Assembly: GCA_965214605.1 (NCBI GenBank)
Contig: OZ243961.1
Span: 3,552,001-3,616,000 of the forward strand
Reading direction: 5' to 3'
Length of the DNA: 64,000 nt
Source of the DNA: an uncultured Candidatus Binatia bacterium
Lineage (GTDB): Bacteria > Desulfobacterota > Binatia > Bin18
This document shows, piece by piece, positions 1 through 9,002 of the stretch (its first letter is position 1; the number at the start of each line of letters is the position of its first letter). The translations under genes were made by a program, and so were the position numbers. Under the pieces are notes generated by a model, which was not told the DNA's origin, searched no databases, and saw only the letters and a list, made by a program, of their open reading frames with translations.

Positions 1-1153
1 CTTTGGGATCGTGGGGTGGGGGGGGGATAAAGGACAGGATGATCGGGTGTAGGGTGACGACACTAATGGAGATGGTAAAGATCCAAAAACTCGACACATA
101 GGCCAGCTTCTGAATCAGCGGAATATGGGCCACCGCTAGAGTGAGAATGGCCAGTCCGTCTGAGGCGATCGACACCAGAGCCGGGCTAAATAGGCTCAAG
201 TACGACGACAGAATAGCTTCCTGTTTGTCCTGCAGGCGGTGGTACTCTTCGTGGTAGCGTTCCATCGACTGCACAGAGTGGGACAGGGCCCGGGCGGTGA
301 TCAAGACTAGCACGACCAGGACGAGCGGGTCGAGGTTAAAGCCAAAATAACCGGCAAAACCCAGAGCCCAGACCGAACTCAACAGGCCTGAAAACAGCGG
401 AACCCACACTCCGGTAAAGGTCCGAAAGTAGAACCATAACATGGCCAAGATAGCGGCCGTGGTCAGTCCAATCACAAACAGGATGGTGTTCTTGTAGCTG
501 AACACCCAGGCGTACAGCATGGGGAAGCCGGTGACGTATACTCGATGCTTGCCGTCGGACTCTAACTCCGCTTTGAGGGCCTCCATGCGGCTGAAGAGAT
601 TCTCAAAGTCAATGCCCTCCTCCCAAAAGCCGGCCGTGATCAGGGCCGAGGTATTGTCATCGGCGACGTAGAACCGGTGCACGCCCTCGTTGGTATACAC
701 CGCCTTTTTGATCGGTTTGACGTCGTCGGATGTTTTTGGCGGCGCCGGATACATAATCGGATACGCAGTAATGGCGGCGCCGCTGATTTGGATATTGCGC
801 ATCTTGGGGTGGGTGAGCGACAGAATCTGATAGGGGTTGACTCCTGCGGTTTCTAGGACGTAGCGGGTCGCCTTATCGATCTGATTAATCGAGTGGACGT
901 TGAAAATATCGCCCTCATTAACCTCAATGACGACGCTCAGAATATTGGCCGTGCCAAACATCCGCCGGTACTCTTGGTACAGCTGGATGTATTCATGGGT
1001 CGGCGGATAAAAGTCAAAGAAGTTGGGCTGGACCTGCATCTTGGTCACGTGAAAACCTAGAAAGAGGGTGGCCACCGTCAGGCCGGCAAGTACATGCCAG
1101 CGGAATCTGAGCAGAAAATGGATGTATGCTTCCATCCAACTACGCGGGAGCAT
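1..1153 (-). CDS. MMPL/RND-superfamily transporter, runs off the left edge of the window
   Basis: Not in the ORF track. ATG at 1153 with AAGGAGG RBS. Translates MLPRSWMEAYIHFLLRFRWHV..FYPPTHEYIQLY..LSLTHPK..AGFWEEG..LDPLVLVVLVLITARALSHSVQ: an N-terminal TM, a large periplasmic loop, then a TM bundle. Confidence 0.9.
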   Translation of the reverse strand, partial: MLPRSWMEAYIHFLLRFRWHVLAGLTVATLFLGFHVTKMQVQPNFFDFYPPTHEYIQLYQEYRRMFGTANILSVVIEVNEGDIFNVHSINQIDKATRYVLETAGVNPYQILSLTHPKMRNIQISGAAITAYPIMYPAPPKTSDDVKPIKKAVYTNEGVHRFYVADDNTSALITAGFWEEGIDFENLFSRMEALKAELESDGKHRVYVTGFPMLYAWVFSYKNTILFVIGLTTAAILAMLWFYFRTFTGVWVPLFSGLLSSVWALGFAGYFGFNLDPLVLVVLVLITARALSHSVQSMERYHEEYHRLQDKQEAILSSYLSLFSPALVSIASDGLAILTLAVAHIPLIQKLAYVSSFWIFTISISVVTLHPIILSFIPPPPHDPK

Positions 1154-1194
1154 AAGAGCCTCCTTAGGGCATAAACCGTAAGGACCTACGCCTT

Positions 1195-2172
1195 TTAGCG
1201 TTTAAATCGGTTGCCGTAATCAACACTATTGCCGTCAATCCGCAGGACCAACCCGTTCGAGCCGGCAATAATGCCTTTGGAATCGGACGGGCTCAGCGAT
1301 ATACCCATCATCCAGTACAGGGCCAGTTCTTCGGGCGTGTCAAACAGCGTCCAGTTCCTGCCCCCGTCGGCCGAGTGCAGAATTACCCCCTCGTCGCCAA
1401 CCGCCCAGCCGGTCTGGCCGTTAAGGGCGAGATTGTACAGCGCGGTTTGAATCGGGCTCTCATACCGCTGCCAGGTTTGACCACTATCGCTGCTCTGCAC
1501 AATCGTGCCGTCCATCCCGACGGCGCAGAGCTGGTTTTCATCAACAAAACCGACGCTTAAGAGAGAGCTTTCGGCACCGGTTTCTTTTCTTGTCCAGGTC
1601 TCCCCGCTGTCTTCGCTAACTAAGATGACGCCCATCTCGCCGGCAACCCAGGCTTTGCCCGAGGGATGCATGGCGACCCCGTACAAAAAGACGTCTTCGC
1701 CGAGCGAACGGTCGCTCCAGCTCTGCCCGCCGTCCACGGTCTGTAGGACGACTCCGTAATCCCCGACCGCAATGCCGCGTTGGTTGTCTACAAAGGCGAG
1801 ATTGAATAAGTGATGAGTCGTCCCGGTGACCTGGCGCTGCCAGTTTTTCCCCCCATCGGTGGTGTGGAGGATGAGCCCGGCTTTGCCCGAGATCCAGCCC
1901 TCTTGCTCGGTGACAAAACTGACACCGTACAACGGATCAATATAGCCGCTGTCCTGTTTTTCCCACTGCCGGCCGCCGTCGGTGGTGTGGTAGATGGAAC
2001 CAAAACTCCCGACCGCCCAGGCCTTTTCGGCATTAAACAGAAAGGTGGCATAGATATGATCGCGGATACGGTCAACCGGTTGTGCGTTCACGGCTCGCGA
2101 AGCGCCACCAAGAAGTGCCAGCGTGAGGCCGACTCCTAACAGGTGTCGGAGTGCAAAAGCATTCCTCATCAT
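1195..2172 (-). CDS. YCF48-like / BNR-repeat beta-propeller periplasmic protein
   Basis: Signal peptide and repeated GxIxxTxDGGxxW (Asp-box) units. ATG 2172 chosen for GGAGG spacing. Lies directly upstream of the MMPL gene. Confidence 0.9.
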   Translation of the reverse strand: MMRNAFALRHLLGVGLTLALLGGASRAVNAQPVDRIRDHIYATFLFNAEKAWAVGSFGSIYHTTDGGRQWEKQDSGYIDPLYGVSFVTEQEGWISGKAGLILHTTDGGKNWQRQVTGTTHHLFNLAFVDNQRGIAVGDYGVVLQTVDGGQSWSDRSLGEDVFLYGVAMHPSGKAWVAGEMGVILVSEDSGETWTRKETGAESSLLSVGFVDENQLCAVGMDGTIVQSSDSGQTWQRYESPIQTALYNLALNGQTGWAVGDEGVILHSADGGRNWTLFDTPEELALYWMMGISLSPSDSKGIIAGSNGLVLRIDGNSVDYGNRFKR

Positions 2173-2315
2173 GGACAGCATTCCTCCCCTAATGCGAGTG
2201 TAGGGGTAACGCAAGCGTCGTCCCTACTGCCAGACGCTCTCCTCTTAGACTACGGAAGAAAGAATTGTCAACAGCTCGGTCTAAATTTCTAACTGCTGAG
2301 TCAAACTCTTCGACT

Positions 2316-2354
2316 AGCGAGGGAGGGGTGGAATCTGCCCACCCCTCCCTCGCT
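2316..2354. repeat. Perfect inverted repeat (16-bp stem, 7-nt loop) in a divergent intergenic region
   Basis: AGCGAGGGAGGGGTGG-aatctgc-CCACCCCTCCCTCGCT. Confidence 0.85.
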
Positions 2355-2405
2355 CCTGGGAGATGAGAGTGGTATATTCGGTACGCTCTCCTTGGGAGGA
2401 GATGT

Positions 2406-4718
2406 ATGCCTGGAGACCGATGGGTAGAGCGGTATTGTCGGTTTTTATTGCGCCGGCGGTGGATGGTCGTCGTGGTGGGCACGGGAGTGCTGGTATGGGG
2501 AGCGTCCGCCGCTCAACAGCTCAGTCTGAGCGCAAGCATAGCGGACTATTACCCCGACCGGCACCCCCATATCCGTCTGTATCAAGACTTCCCCGAGATG
2601 TTGCGGATGACCAATGCCGTGGTCGTGTTGGTTTCGGTTAAAGACGGAGACCTCTACAACACCGAGACGCTGGGCAAGATTCATCGCCTGACGGTCGGAC
2701 TGCTCGAAACCAAGGGGGTTAATCCGAACGAGGTCCTGTCCCTCACCCACAGTCGCCTCACAGACATCAAGGTCCGAGATGGAATGATCAATATCCTGCC
2801 CGTTGTCCGCACGCCCACCCAGCCCCAGAGCCCGCAAGAATTGGCCCGGATCAAGAACGCGGTGTATACCAACCTGGGCATCCGCGGCGTGTATGTATCC
2901 GAGGATAATAAGACTACGCTCATCCGGGCCGGCTTTTGGGAGGCCGAGATCAACCCTCACATGGTGTTGAGTCGCCTGCGGCGCTTTGCCGAGCAAGAGC
3001 GAGACGCTAACACCGAGGTGACCTTTGCTGGCAACATTGTCCTGGCCGGGTGGTTGATTGAGAGTGGTCCGCGGGTGCTGCTGGTGCTGGTGCTCAGCGC
3101 CCTCACCGCGCTGCTCCTGGCCGGAGTGTGTGGCATCCTGCCGGGGGCGGTCCATACTGTGGGGGGGGTGCTGATCGTCTCGGGTCTGGCTGCGGCGTGT
3201 GGATTTGGCCTGCTGGGCAGTACGGGGCGTTCGTTCGAACCGCTGGCCTGGCTGATGCTTTTCCCGCTGACCGGCCGCGGCCTGTGCCTAGTGTTGGGCT
3301 GGACGAGCCGGGTGACGAGCGAGGGTCGGGGAAATCCACAGTCCTGGGCGGTCGTACAGACCGCCCAGGCACTGTGGCGTCCGTGTACCTCGGCCTTGGT
3401 GATAGACGGGCTGTCTCTCGGGGTGCTGGTGTGGTGGTCGGACGTGCCGGCCGTGCGCACCTTTGGCCTATTGGGCATAGCGTGGCTGATTGGCCTGCTG
3501 GTGTCGGTGTGGCTGGTCCTCCCGGTGTGGTCGGCCGGATTCCGGCGCGGCGTGCTCAGCCCCGGAGAGCTACCGTTGATCGCCCGCTTTACTCCGCGCC
3601 TGCGCAGCATTGGTCAACCCCGCGCGATGACCCGGACGGGATGTATTGCGATTGGCTTTTTCGGCTTACTGGCCGCTCTCCAACTCGAAGTCGGACGGTC
3701 GATGCTGGGCAGCCGGCTTTTTCCAACCGAGCATCCATATAGCCGCGCCTTTAGTCTGCTCAACCAACATTTCATCGGTATCAATCAGCTGATCGTGGTC
3801 GCTCATACCCCCAGCGAGGCCGGGTTTCGCGATCTTGGCGCCCTGCAGATCCTTGAAGCCTTTCAGCTCGATATGGCCGCCGACCGGCAGTTTGGTGGGG
3901 CGGTAACGGTGCCCGGTTTTGTGAAGTCCATCACCCGCATGTTTCACGAAAATATTCCTAAATGGGCGATGCTGCCGGACGATATCAGCTCAACCGGACA
4001 GATCATCTTTCGGATCGTGGCCGGGGCAACCACGCCGAGCGAGGTGGAACGCTTTCTGTCAACCGATTTCCGTACCACCGCAGTCACACTCTTTTATCGG
4101 GACTATTCGCCGGGGCTGGTCAAGCGCACCCTGGCCCGTATCCGCTCCTTTGAGGGACCAAGTACGGGTGTGCCGGTCGAGTTTCGTTCTGGCGGCGGCT
4201 TACTCGGGCTGGTGGCCGCTCTCCATGCTGGGGTGGCGCACGGGTATTGGTCTCTGTTCATCGCGTTGGTTGGCCTGGCATTTTGCGGTGGACTGATCGG
4301 GCTGGGCAGTCTGCGCGCGGCCGGCCTGCTCAGCCTGGCCGTCGTGTTGTCGCAAGCGGTGATGCTGGTCGTGCTGTGGGTGGCCAATATTGACCTCAAC
4401 ATACATACCCTGCCGGTTGTCTTAGCCGCTATGGGCACGATTGTGTTGCCGGCCAGCCTGGCCAGCAATCAGGACGACGCAGACCTCAGTCCAACCGCCC
4501 AGAACTGGGACGGGCTTGGCTATACCCTAATAGCGCTGGCCACTATCAGTGCTGGAGCGGCGCTGGTGTGGCTGTTTTCGCCGCTGCGTTTGCAGATCGA
4601 GATAGGGTTCTATCTGCTGGTCTTTAACCTGGTGAACGCCCTGATTCCGCTCCAGCTCCAGCCGCTCGGCCACCCGGTCAAGACGGGGTCGGATCCGGCT
4701 TCAGGCCAGGGGTCATGA
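2406..4718 (+). CDS. MMPL/RND-superfamily transporter, divergent paralog
   Basis: 770 aa with two repeats of TM + periplasmic loop + TM bundle. Shares YPxxHxxIxLY, LSLTH, KxAVYTNxG and AGFWE with the 1-1153 protein. Confidence 0.85.
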   Translation: MPGDRWVERYCRFLLRRRWMVVVVGTGVLVWGASAAQQLSLSASIADYYPDRHPHIRLYQDFPEMLRMTNAVVVLVSVKDGDLYNTETLGKIHRLTVGLLETKGVNPNEVLSLTHSRLTDIKVRDGMINILPVVRTPTQPQSPQELARIKNAVYTNLGIRGVYVSEDNKTTLIRAGFWEAEINPHMVLSRLRRFAEQERDANTEVTFAGNIVLAGWLIESGPRVLLVLVLSALTALLLAGVCGILPGAVHTVGGVLIVSGLAAACGFGLLGSTGRSFEPLAWLMLFPLTGRGLCLVLGWTSRVTSEGRGNPQSWAVVQTAQALWRPCTSALVIDGLSLGVLVWWSDVPAVRTFGLLGIAWLIGLLVSVWLVLPVWSAGFRRGVLSPGELPLIARFTPRLRSIGQPRAMTRTGCIAIGFFGLLAALQLEVGRSMLGSRLFPTEHPYSRAFSLLNQHFIGINQLIVVAHTPSEAGFRDLGALQILEAFQLDMAADRQFGGAVTVPGFVKSITRMFHENIPKWAMLPDDISSTGQIIFRIVAGATTPSEVERFLSTDFRTTAVTLFYRDYSPGLVKRTLARIRSFEGPSTGVPVEFRSGGGLLGLVAALHAGVAHGYWSLFIALVGLAFCGGLIGLGSLRAAGLLSLAVVLSQAVMLVVLWVANIDLNIHTLPVVLAAMGTIVLPASLASNQDDADLSPTAQNWDGLGYTLIALATISAGAALVWLFSPLRLQIEIGFYLLVFNLVNALIPLQLQPLGHPVKTGSDPASGQGS

Positions 4719-5629
4719 AAGACCAAACAAGCCTGCTAGACGCCTCGGCGCTGATTCTGACCGGGGGCAAAAGCTCCCGTATGGGTCGACCCAAGGCGCT
4801 GTTGCCGTTTGCCGGAGAGCCGCTGATCACCCATACGGTGCGCCATTTAGCCACCCGCTTTGCGGATATCGTTGTAGTGGCCGCTCCGGGACAAGACCTG
4901 CCGGAGCTAGCGGCGACGCTTGTCCACGATGCGGTCGCTTATCAGGGGCCGGTCGGGGGAATCTATTACGGCTTACGGGCCGCCCGCCGGGCCGTCTGTT
5001 TCGTGACTTCGTGTGACGCGCCGTTTCTGAATCTGCGACTGGTAACGCGGCTAGTTTCCCTCAGTGTTGGCTATGACGTTGTGGTCCCAGTGTGGCAGGA
5101 TCGTTTGCAGCCCCTGCACGCGGTCTACCGACGCAGTGTAATCCCTCTGCTGCAATCCCAACTCGCGCATGGCCAGTTGCGACCGGTTGCCCTGTACGAC
5201 AAGGTGCGGACCAAGCGGCTCAGTCCCGAAGAAGTCCGCCGGCTTGACCCCGACGGGGACAGCTTCCGCAATCTGAATAGTCCACAGGACTATCAGGCCG
5301 CCCTGAAATTATGGTCGACCCTGCGCCCCGGTGCTAAGATGGGCGGGGCCATCTCCTGCACGGTTGAGCTGTTTGGGGTCGCTCGACTCAAGGCAAAGAC
5401 CGGCCGGGTGTCTCTGAGCCTCCCGTCTGGGGCGAACCTCGGCGCTGTTCTGGTTGCCTTGGCGGACCAGCTCCCGGCCCTGCGCGGGTCGGTGCTGAGT
5501 CAGGACGCTAGCCAGCTGGGTCGGGGGTTTGCGTGTAATATGAACGGGGAGGCGTTTGTCAAGGATATCCGGACGCCGGTGCGGGAGGGAGATAGCGTGC
5601 TGATTGTGTCGAGCGATGCGGGCGGGTGA
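4715..5629 (+). CDS. mobA: MobA-like molybdopterin nucleotidyltransferase fused to a C-terminal MoaD/ThiS sulfur carrier
   Basis: LTGGKSSRMG..KALL, GPVGG, SCDAPF, QPLHAVY, NLNSPQD; then VELFG...EGDSVLIVSSDAGG ending in di-Gly. Confidence 0.9.
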   Translation: MKDQTSLLDASALILTGGKSSRMGRPKALLPFAGEPLITHTVRHLATRFADIVVVAAPGQDLPELAATLVHDAVAYQGPVGGIYYGLRAARRAVCFVTSCDAPFLNLRLVTRLVSLSVGYDVVVPVWQDRLQPLHAVYRRSVIPLLQSQLAHGQLRPVALYDKVRTKRLSPEEVRRLDPDGDSFRNLNSPQDYQAALKLWSTLRPGAKMGGAISCTVELFGVARLKAKTGRVSLSLPSGANLGAVLVALADQLPALRGSVLSQDASQLGRGFACNMNGEAFVKDIRTPVREGDSVLIVSSDAGG

Positions 5630-5718
5630 GGAAGGGACGGAAAAGTCCTCAAAAGGGCAAAGGTTGAATAAGGCAGAAGCTTCCCCCGTTCTTTCTTTTT
5701 GTCCCCCGGTTTTCTAGG

Positions 5719-7524
5719 ATGTCTGGTATGTTTGGATTTCACGGCCGCCTGGTGTGTGTCAATCTTTCACGCGGCACCGCGGACTGGTACCCCCTGGAAG
5801 AGTCGCGTCTGCAAGCCTTTCTCGGCGGGATAGGGCTTGGCACGAGCCTGCTGTACGATTATGCCCCGCCGGGGGTTGAGCCGTTTGATGCGGATAATCC
5901 GCTGATTTTTACTAGTGCACCGCTGGTTGGCACCGGGCTGACGACCACGGCCAAATTGGCGGTGGTGACGAAGTCGCCGTTGACCGGGTGTATTGCCGAT
6001 TCACTGTCGTCAAGTTTCTTTGCCCTGGAGTTAAAACGCCTTGGCGTGGATGCGTTGGTCGTGAGCGGACGGGCCGAGGAGCCGGTCTTGGTCCGGATTC
6101 AGGATGAGCAGGTCGAGATACATGAGGCGGCTGAGCTGTGGGGGAAGAGCGCCAAGGAGACGGAGGCGGTCCTGCGTGAGACGTTCCATGAAGCCGAGGC
6201 ACGCGTGGCCGCGATCGGTCCGGCGGGAGAAAATCGCGTTCGCTTTGCCACGATTAGCAACGAAGGCCGCCATGCCGGACGGGGTGGAGTAGGGGCTGTG
6301 ATGGGGGCAAAAAATCTCAAGGCAATTGCCCTGCGCGGACATCGTAAGACCACGGTGGCGGACCCGGCCGGCGTTGAGACCGTGGCCGCAGCTCTACGCC
6401 GGCACAGCCTCGGGCCGCTGACCGCCAAATACCGCGAGATTGGCACGGTGGCCAACCTCGCGGTCTTTAACCGCTTGGGGAGCCTGCCGGTCCGGAATTT
6501 TCAGCAGTCCAGCTTTGCCCAGGCTGAAGCGCTGAGCGGTGAGCAGCTGTTGGCCAATCATTTTAGTCGTACCCATGGCTGCGCGTCGTGTACGATCCGA
6601 TGCGAGCGCTTATTTACAGCGCTGAGCGGTGCGGAACAGCGCCTTGAGTATGAAACGCTTTTTGCGCTCGGGCCGCTGTGCGGTATTGAGGATCCCGACG
6701 TCGTGCTGCAAGCGGCTGGCCTGTGTGACCACTATGGTCTGGACACGATTAGCACCGGCGGCACGATCGCCTGGGCCATGGAGTGTGTGGAGAAGGGCCT
6801 GTTTCCCGAGGCCCGGGCGGCTGGGCTGGGCTTTGGTCGGGCCAATGCCTTGTTGGCGACGATTGCGGCTATTGCTGAACGCCGGGACGTGGGAGAGCTG
6901 TTGGCTGAGGGTTCAAAGCGAGCCGCCCAACGTCTGGGGCCGGAAGCCGAGCGCTGGTCTATGCAGGTCAAGGGTATGGAGCTGCCCGGCTATGAACCGC
7001 GCAGTCTCAAAACCATGGCCTTAGGGCTAGCGGTGAGTCCGCGCGGGGCGTGCCATAATCGGTCTGGAGCATATGAGGCGGATTTTTCCGGGCAGGTCGA
7101 CCGCCTGCGGGTTGATGACCGGCGGGGAGGGCTGGTGGCTGCCTCCGAGGATTTTGCGGCGGTCCTGGATTCGCTGATCGTGTGTAAGTTTCTGCGTAAA
7201 TGCTTTAGCGATTTCTACCCAGAGGCGGCGACTCTGCTCAACTATGTCACCGGCTGGTCGGTGTCTGACCACGACCTACGCCGGGTCGGTAAGCGCATCA
7301 ACACCCTCAAAAAGCGCTTCAACATCCGTGAAGGCTGGCAGCTACAAGACGATTGGCTCCCGCCCCGCTTGCTGAGCGAGAAGCTGCCGAGCGGGGCTGC
7401 TGCGGGTGTCGGTCTCACACCGGACGAATTGCAGCGCATGATTCAGAGCTATTATCGGGCCCGAGGCTGGCGGCCGGATGGCACGATTCCCGACCATAAA
7501 CTTCACGCCCTTGGGCTCGCCTAA
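5719..7524 (+). CDS. aor: Aldehyde:ferredoxin oxidoreductase family (W/Mo-pterin, 4Fe-4S)
   Basis: KSPLTG, AIGPAGEN, AGRGGVGAVMGAKNLKAI, CxxCxxxC (CASCTIRC), EYET, DHYGLD, RGACH, DSLIVCKF, YYRARGW. Confidence 0.95.
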   Translation: MSGMFGFHGRLVCVNLSRGTADWYPLEESRLQAFLGGIGLGTSLLYDYAPPGVEPFDADNPLIFTSAPLVGTGLTTTAKLAVVTKSPLTGCIADSLSSSFFALELKRLGVDALVVSGRAEEPVLVRIQDEQVEIHEAAELWGKSAKETEAVLRETFHEAEARVAAIGPAGENRVRFATISNEGRHAGRGGVGAVMGAKNLKAIALRGHRKTTVADPAGVETVAAALRRHSLGPLTAKYREIGTVANLAVFNRLGSLPVRNFQQSSFAQAEALSGEQLLANHFSRTHGCASCTIRCERLFTALSGAEQRLEYETLFALGPLCGIEDPDVVLQAAGLCDHYGLDTISTGGTIAWAMECVEKGLFPEARAAGLGFGRANALLATIAAIAERRDVGELLAEGSKRAAQRLGPEAERWSMQVKGMELPGYEPRSLKTMALGLAVSPRGACHNRSGAYEADFSGQVDRLRVDDRRGGLVAASEDFAAVLDSLIVCKFLRKCFSDFYPEAATLLNYVTGWSVSDHDLRRVGKRINTLKKRFNIREGWQLQDDWLPPRLLSEKLPSGAAAGVGLTPDELQRMIQSYYRARGWRPDGTIPDHKLHALGLA

Positions 7525-7680
7525 GCTCAGGCTGCGTTTTTCTCTCCTTAAGGGCCCTGAACGCTTTTTCTGGCCTAACATGCTCACCGTGTCTAAATCT
7601 CAAACCAGCATATTCTTTTATCGTTCGGTTTGCTACACTGCCTGTCCAGACGTGCCGGAATGTCTGCTAAGGAGGAATAT

Positions 7681-8994
7681 ATGCGTGAAACATCAAAGCG
7701 CGGACGGTCCGTCACATGTTTCTTCGCCGCCCTCGTCCTGGTGGGGAATTGGGCCGTGTCTTCTCCGGCCCGTGGCGCGGCAGATCAGAGCTATCAGGCC
7801 CTGGTGAATTGGCTCGAACACTACCGGGAAGCCCCGGCGACGTTTGAGCCCGGCCACACCCTGGGCTTCCAAGACCGCCACGCGCTGGAGCCGTTCATCC
7901 CCCAGTCGGCCTGGGCGTATTACTTCTTTGAGGCCATGGAGATGGAGATCGCCGCCACGGGCGACTATCCGCCGCCGCCGGAGTGGGGCCACCAGGTCGT
8001 ACCCGGCTATGCGCTGGATGCGCAGGGGGTGCTGGTGGATTTTCAGGGCGGCGGGTTTCCGTTTCCAGATATTGCCCCTGCTGATCCGCAGATCGCGCTC
8101 AAGGTCATCTGGAATATGCTGTGGCGGCCCGGGCAGGATGATTATATGATGCCGATGGTGGCCTGGTCGCGGAGCGAATACGGCCAGCTGGATCGGGAGT
8201 TCGAGTTTACCGCGGTCAATGCCGAGTATGCGCGGGGGACGCACTGTCTGGTGCCGGGGTATGAAGAGGTGCGCCGGAAGTCCTTGATGGAGTTCCGGTC
8301 CCCGCGGGATATGACGGGGGCCAAGAACCTGTCCATCACCTATGTCGATCACTACAAAGAAGACAGCGGCTGGACCTATCTGCCGGCGCAGCGCAAGCCG
8401 CGCCGCACCCTGGCCTCGGAGCGCACTAGCGAGATGATGGGGATGGATTTTACCCCGGAAGACATGATGGGGTTTGGCGGCAAAATTTATGAACAGGAGT
8501 GGACCTATTTGGGCCGCAAGCCGGTGCTGGCGACCATCAATGTGGCCACCAACCCAGAGGCGGGTGGGCCCCATCTGTGGGTGCCGCACAAGGCCCGCTG
8601 GGAGGTGCGCGACACCCACGTCCTACGGATTGACCCGAAGAGCGAGACCCATCCGTACAGCCACAAGATCGTGTTTATTGACACCGAAACCTACTGGACG
8701 CACTGGATGGTGGCTTTTGACCGGCGGGACGACAAGCTCCTGCGGCTGAGTCAACACTTTCTGAAATACTCGGAGAGTTATGCCGAGGAGCCTGCCCGGC
8801 AGGCCCCGTATCTGGAGCAGGACTTCTCCAAGAATGTCGGTCACCAGGTCTTTCTTCATGTGGGCGAGACGAGCATCAACGCCAAGAAGCCGCACGCGAC
8901 CTACACGCACTGTTATGTGCTGAAGCGGACCTTCTCGCCGGGGCGTGCCAAGCAGTTCTATTCGCTGCGCAACATGGTCAGCGGCCGGCGCTGA
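7681..8994 (+). CDS. DUF1329-like periplasmic protein
   Basis: GGAGG RBS, signal peptide, GFPFP..KVIWN, SPRDMTG, WTYLPAQRKPRR, WEVRD, HPYS..FID. Confidence 0.85.
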   Translation: MRETSKRGRSVTCFFAALVLVGNWAVSSPARGAADQSYQALVNWLEHYREAPATFEPGHTLGFQDRHALEPFIPQSAWAYYFFEAMEMEIAATGDYPPPPEWGHQVVPGYALDAQGVLVDFQGGGFPFPDIAPADPQIALKVIWNMLWRPGQDDYMMPMVAWSRSEYGQLDREFEFTAVNAEYARGTHCLVPGYEEVRRKSLMEFRSPRDMTGAKNLSITYVDHYKEDSGWTYLPAQRKPRRTLASERTSEMMGMDFTPEDMMGFGGKIYEQEWTYLGRKPVLATINVATNPEAGGPHLWVPHKARWEVRDTHVLRIDPKSETHPYSHKIVFIDTETYWTHWMVAFDRRDDKLLRLSQHFLKYSESYAEEPARQAPYLEQDFSKNVGHQVFLHVGETSINAKKPHATYTHCYVLKRTFSPGRAKQFYSLRNMVSGRR

Positions 8995-9002
8995 GGAGGC
9001 TG

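Noticed and set aside
5630-5718. Moco/tungsten-cofactor riboswitch upstream of aor
   Set aside because: The spacer is only about 90 nt, and although GGGACGGAAAAG can pair with CTTTTTGTCCC, I could not find the Moco RNA consensus elements. An Rfam scan would settle it.
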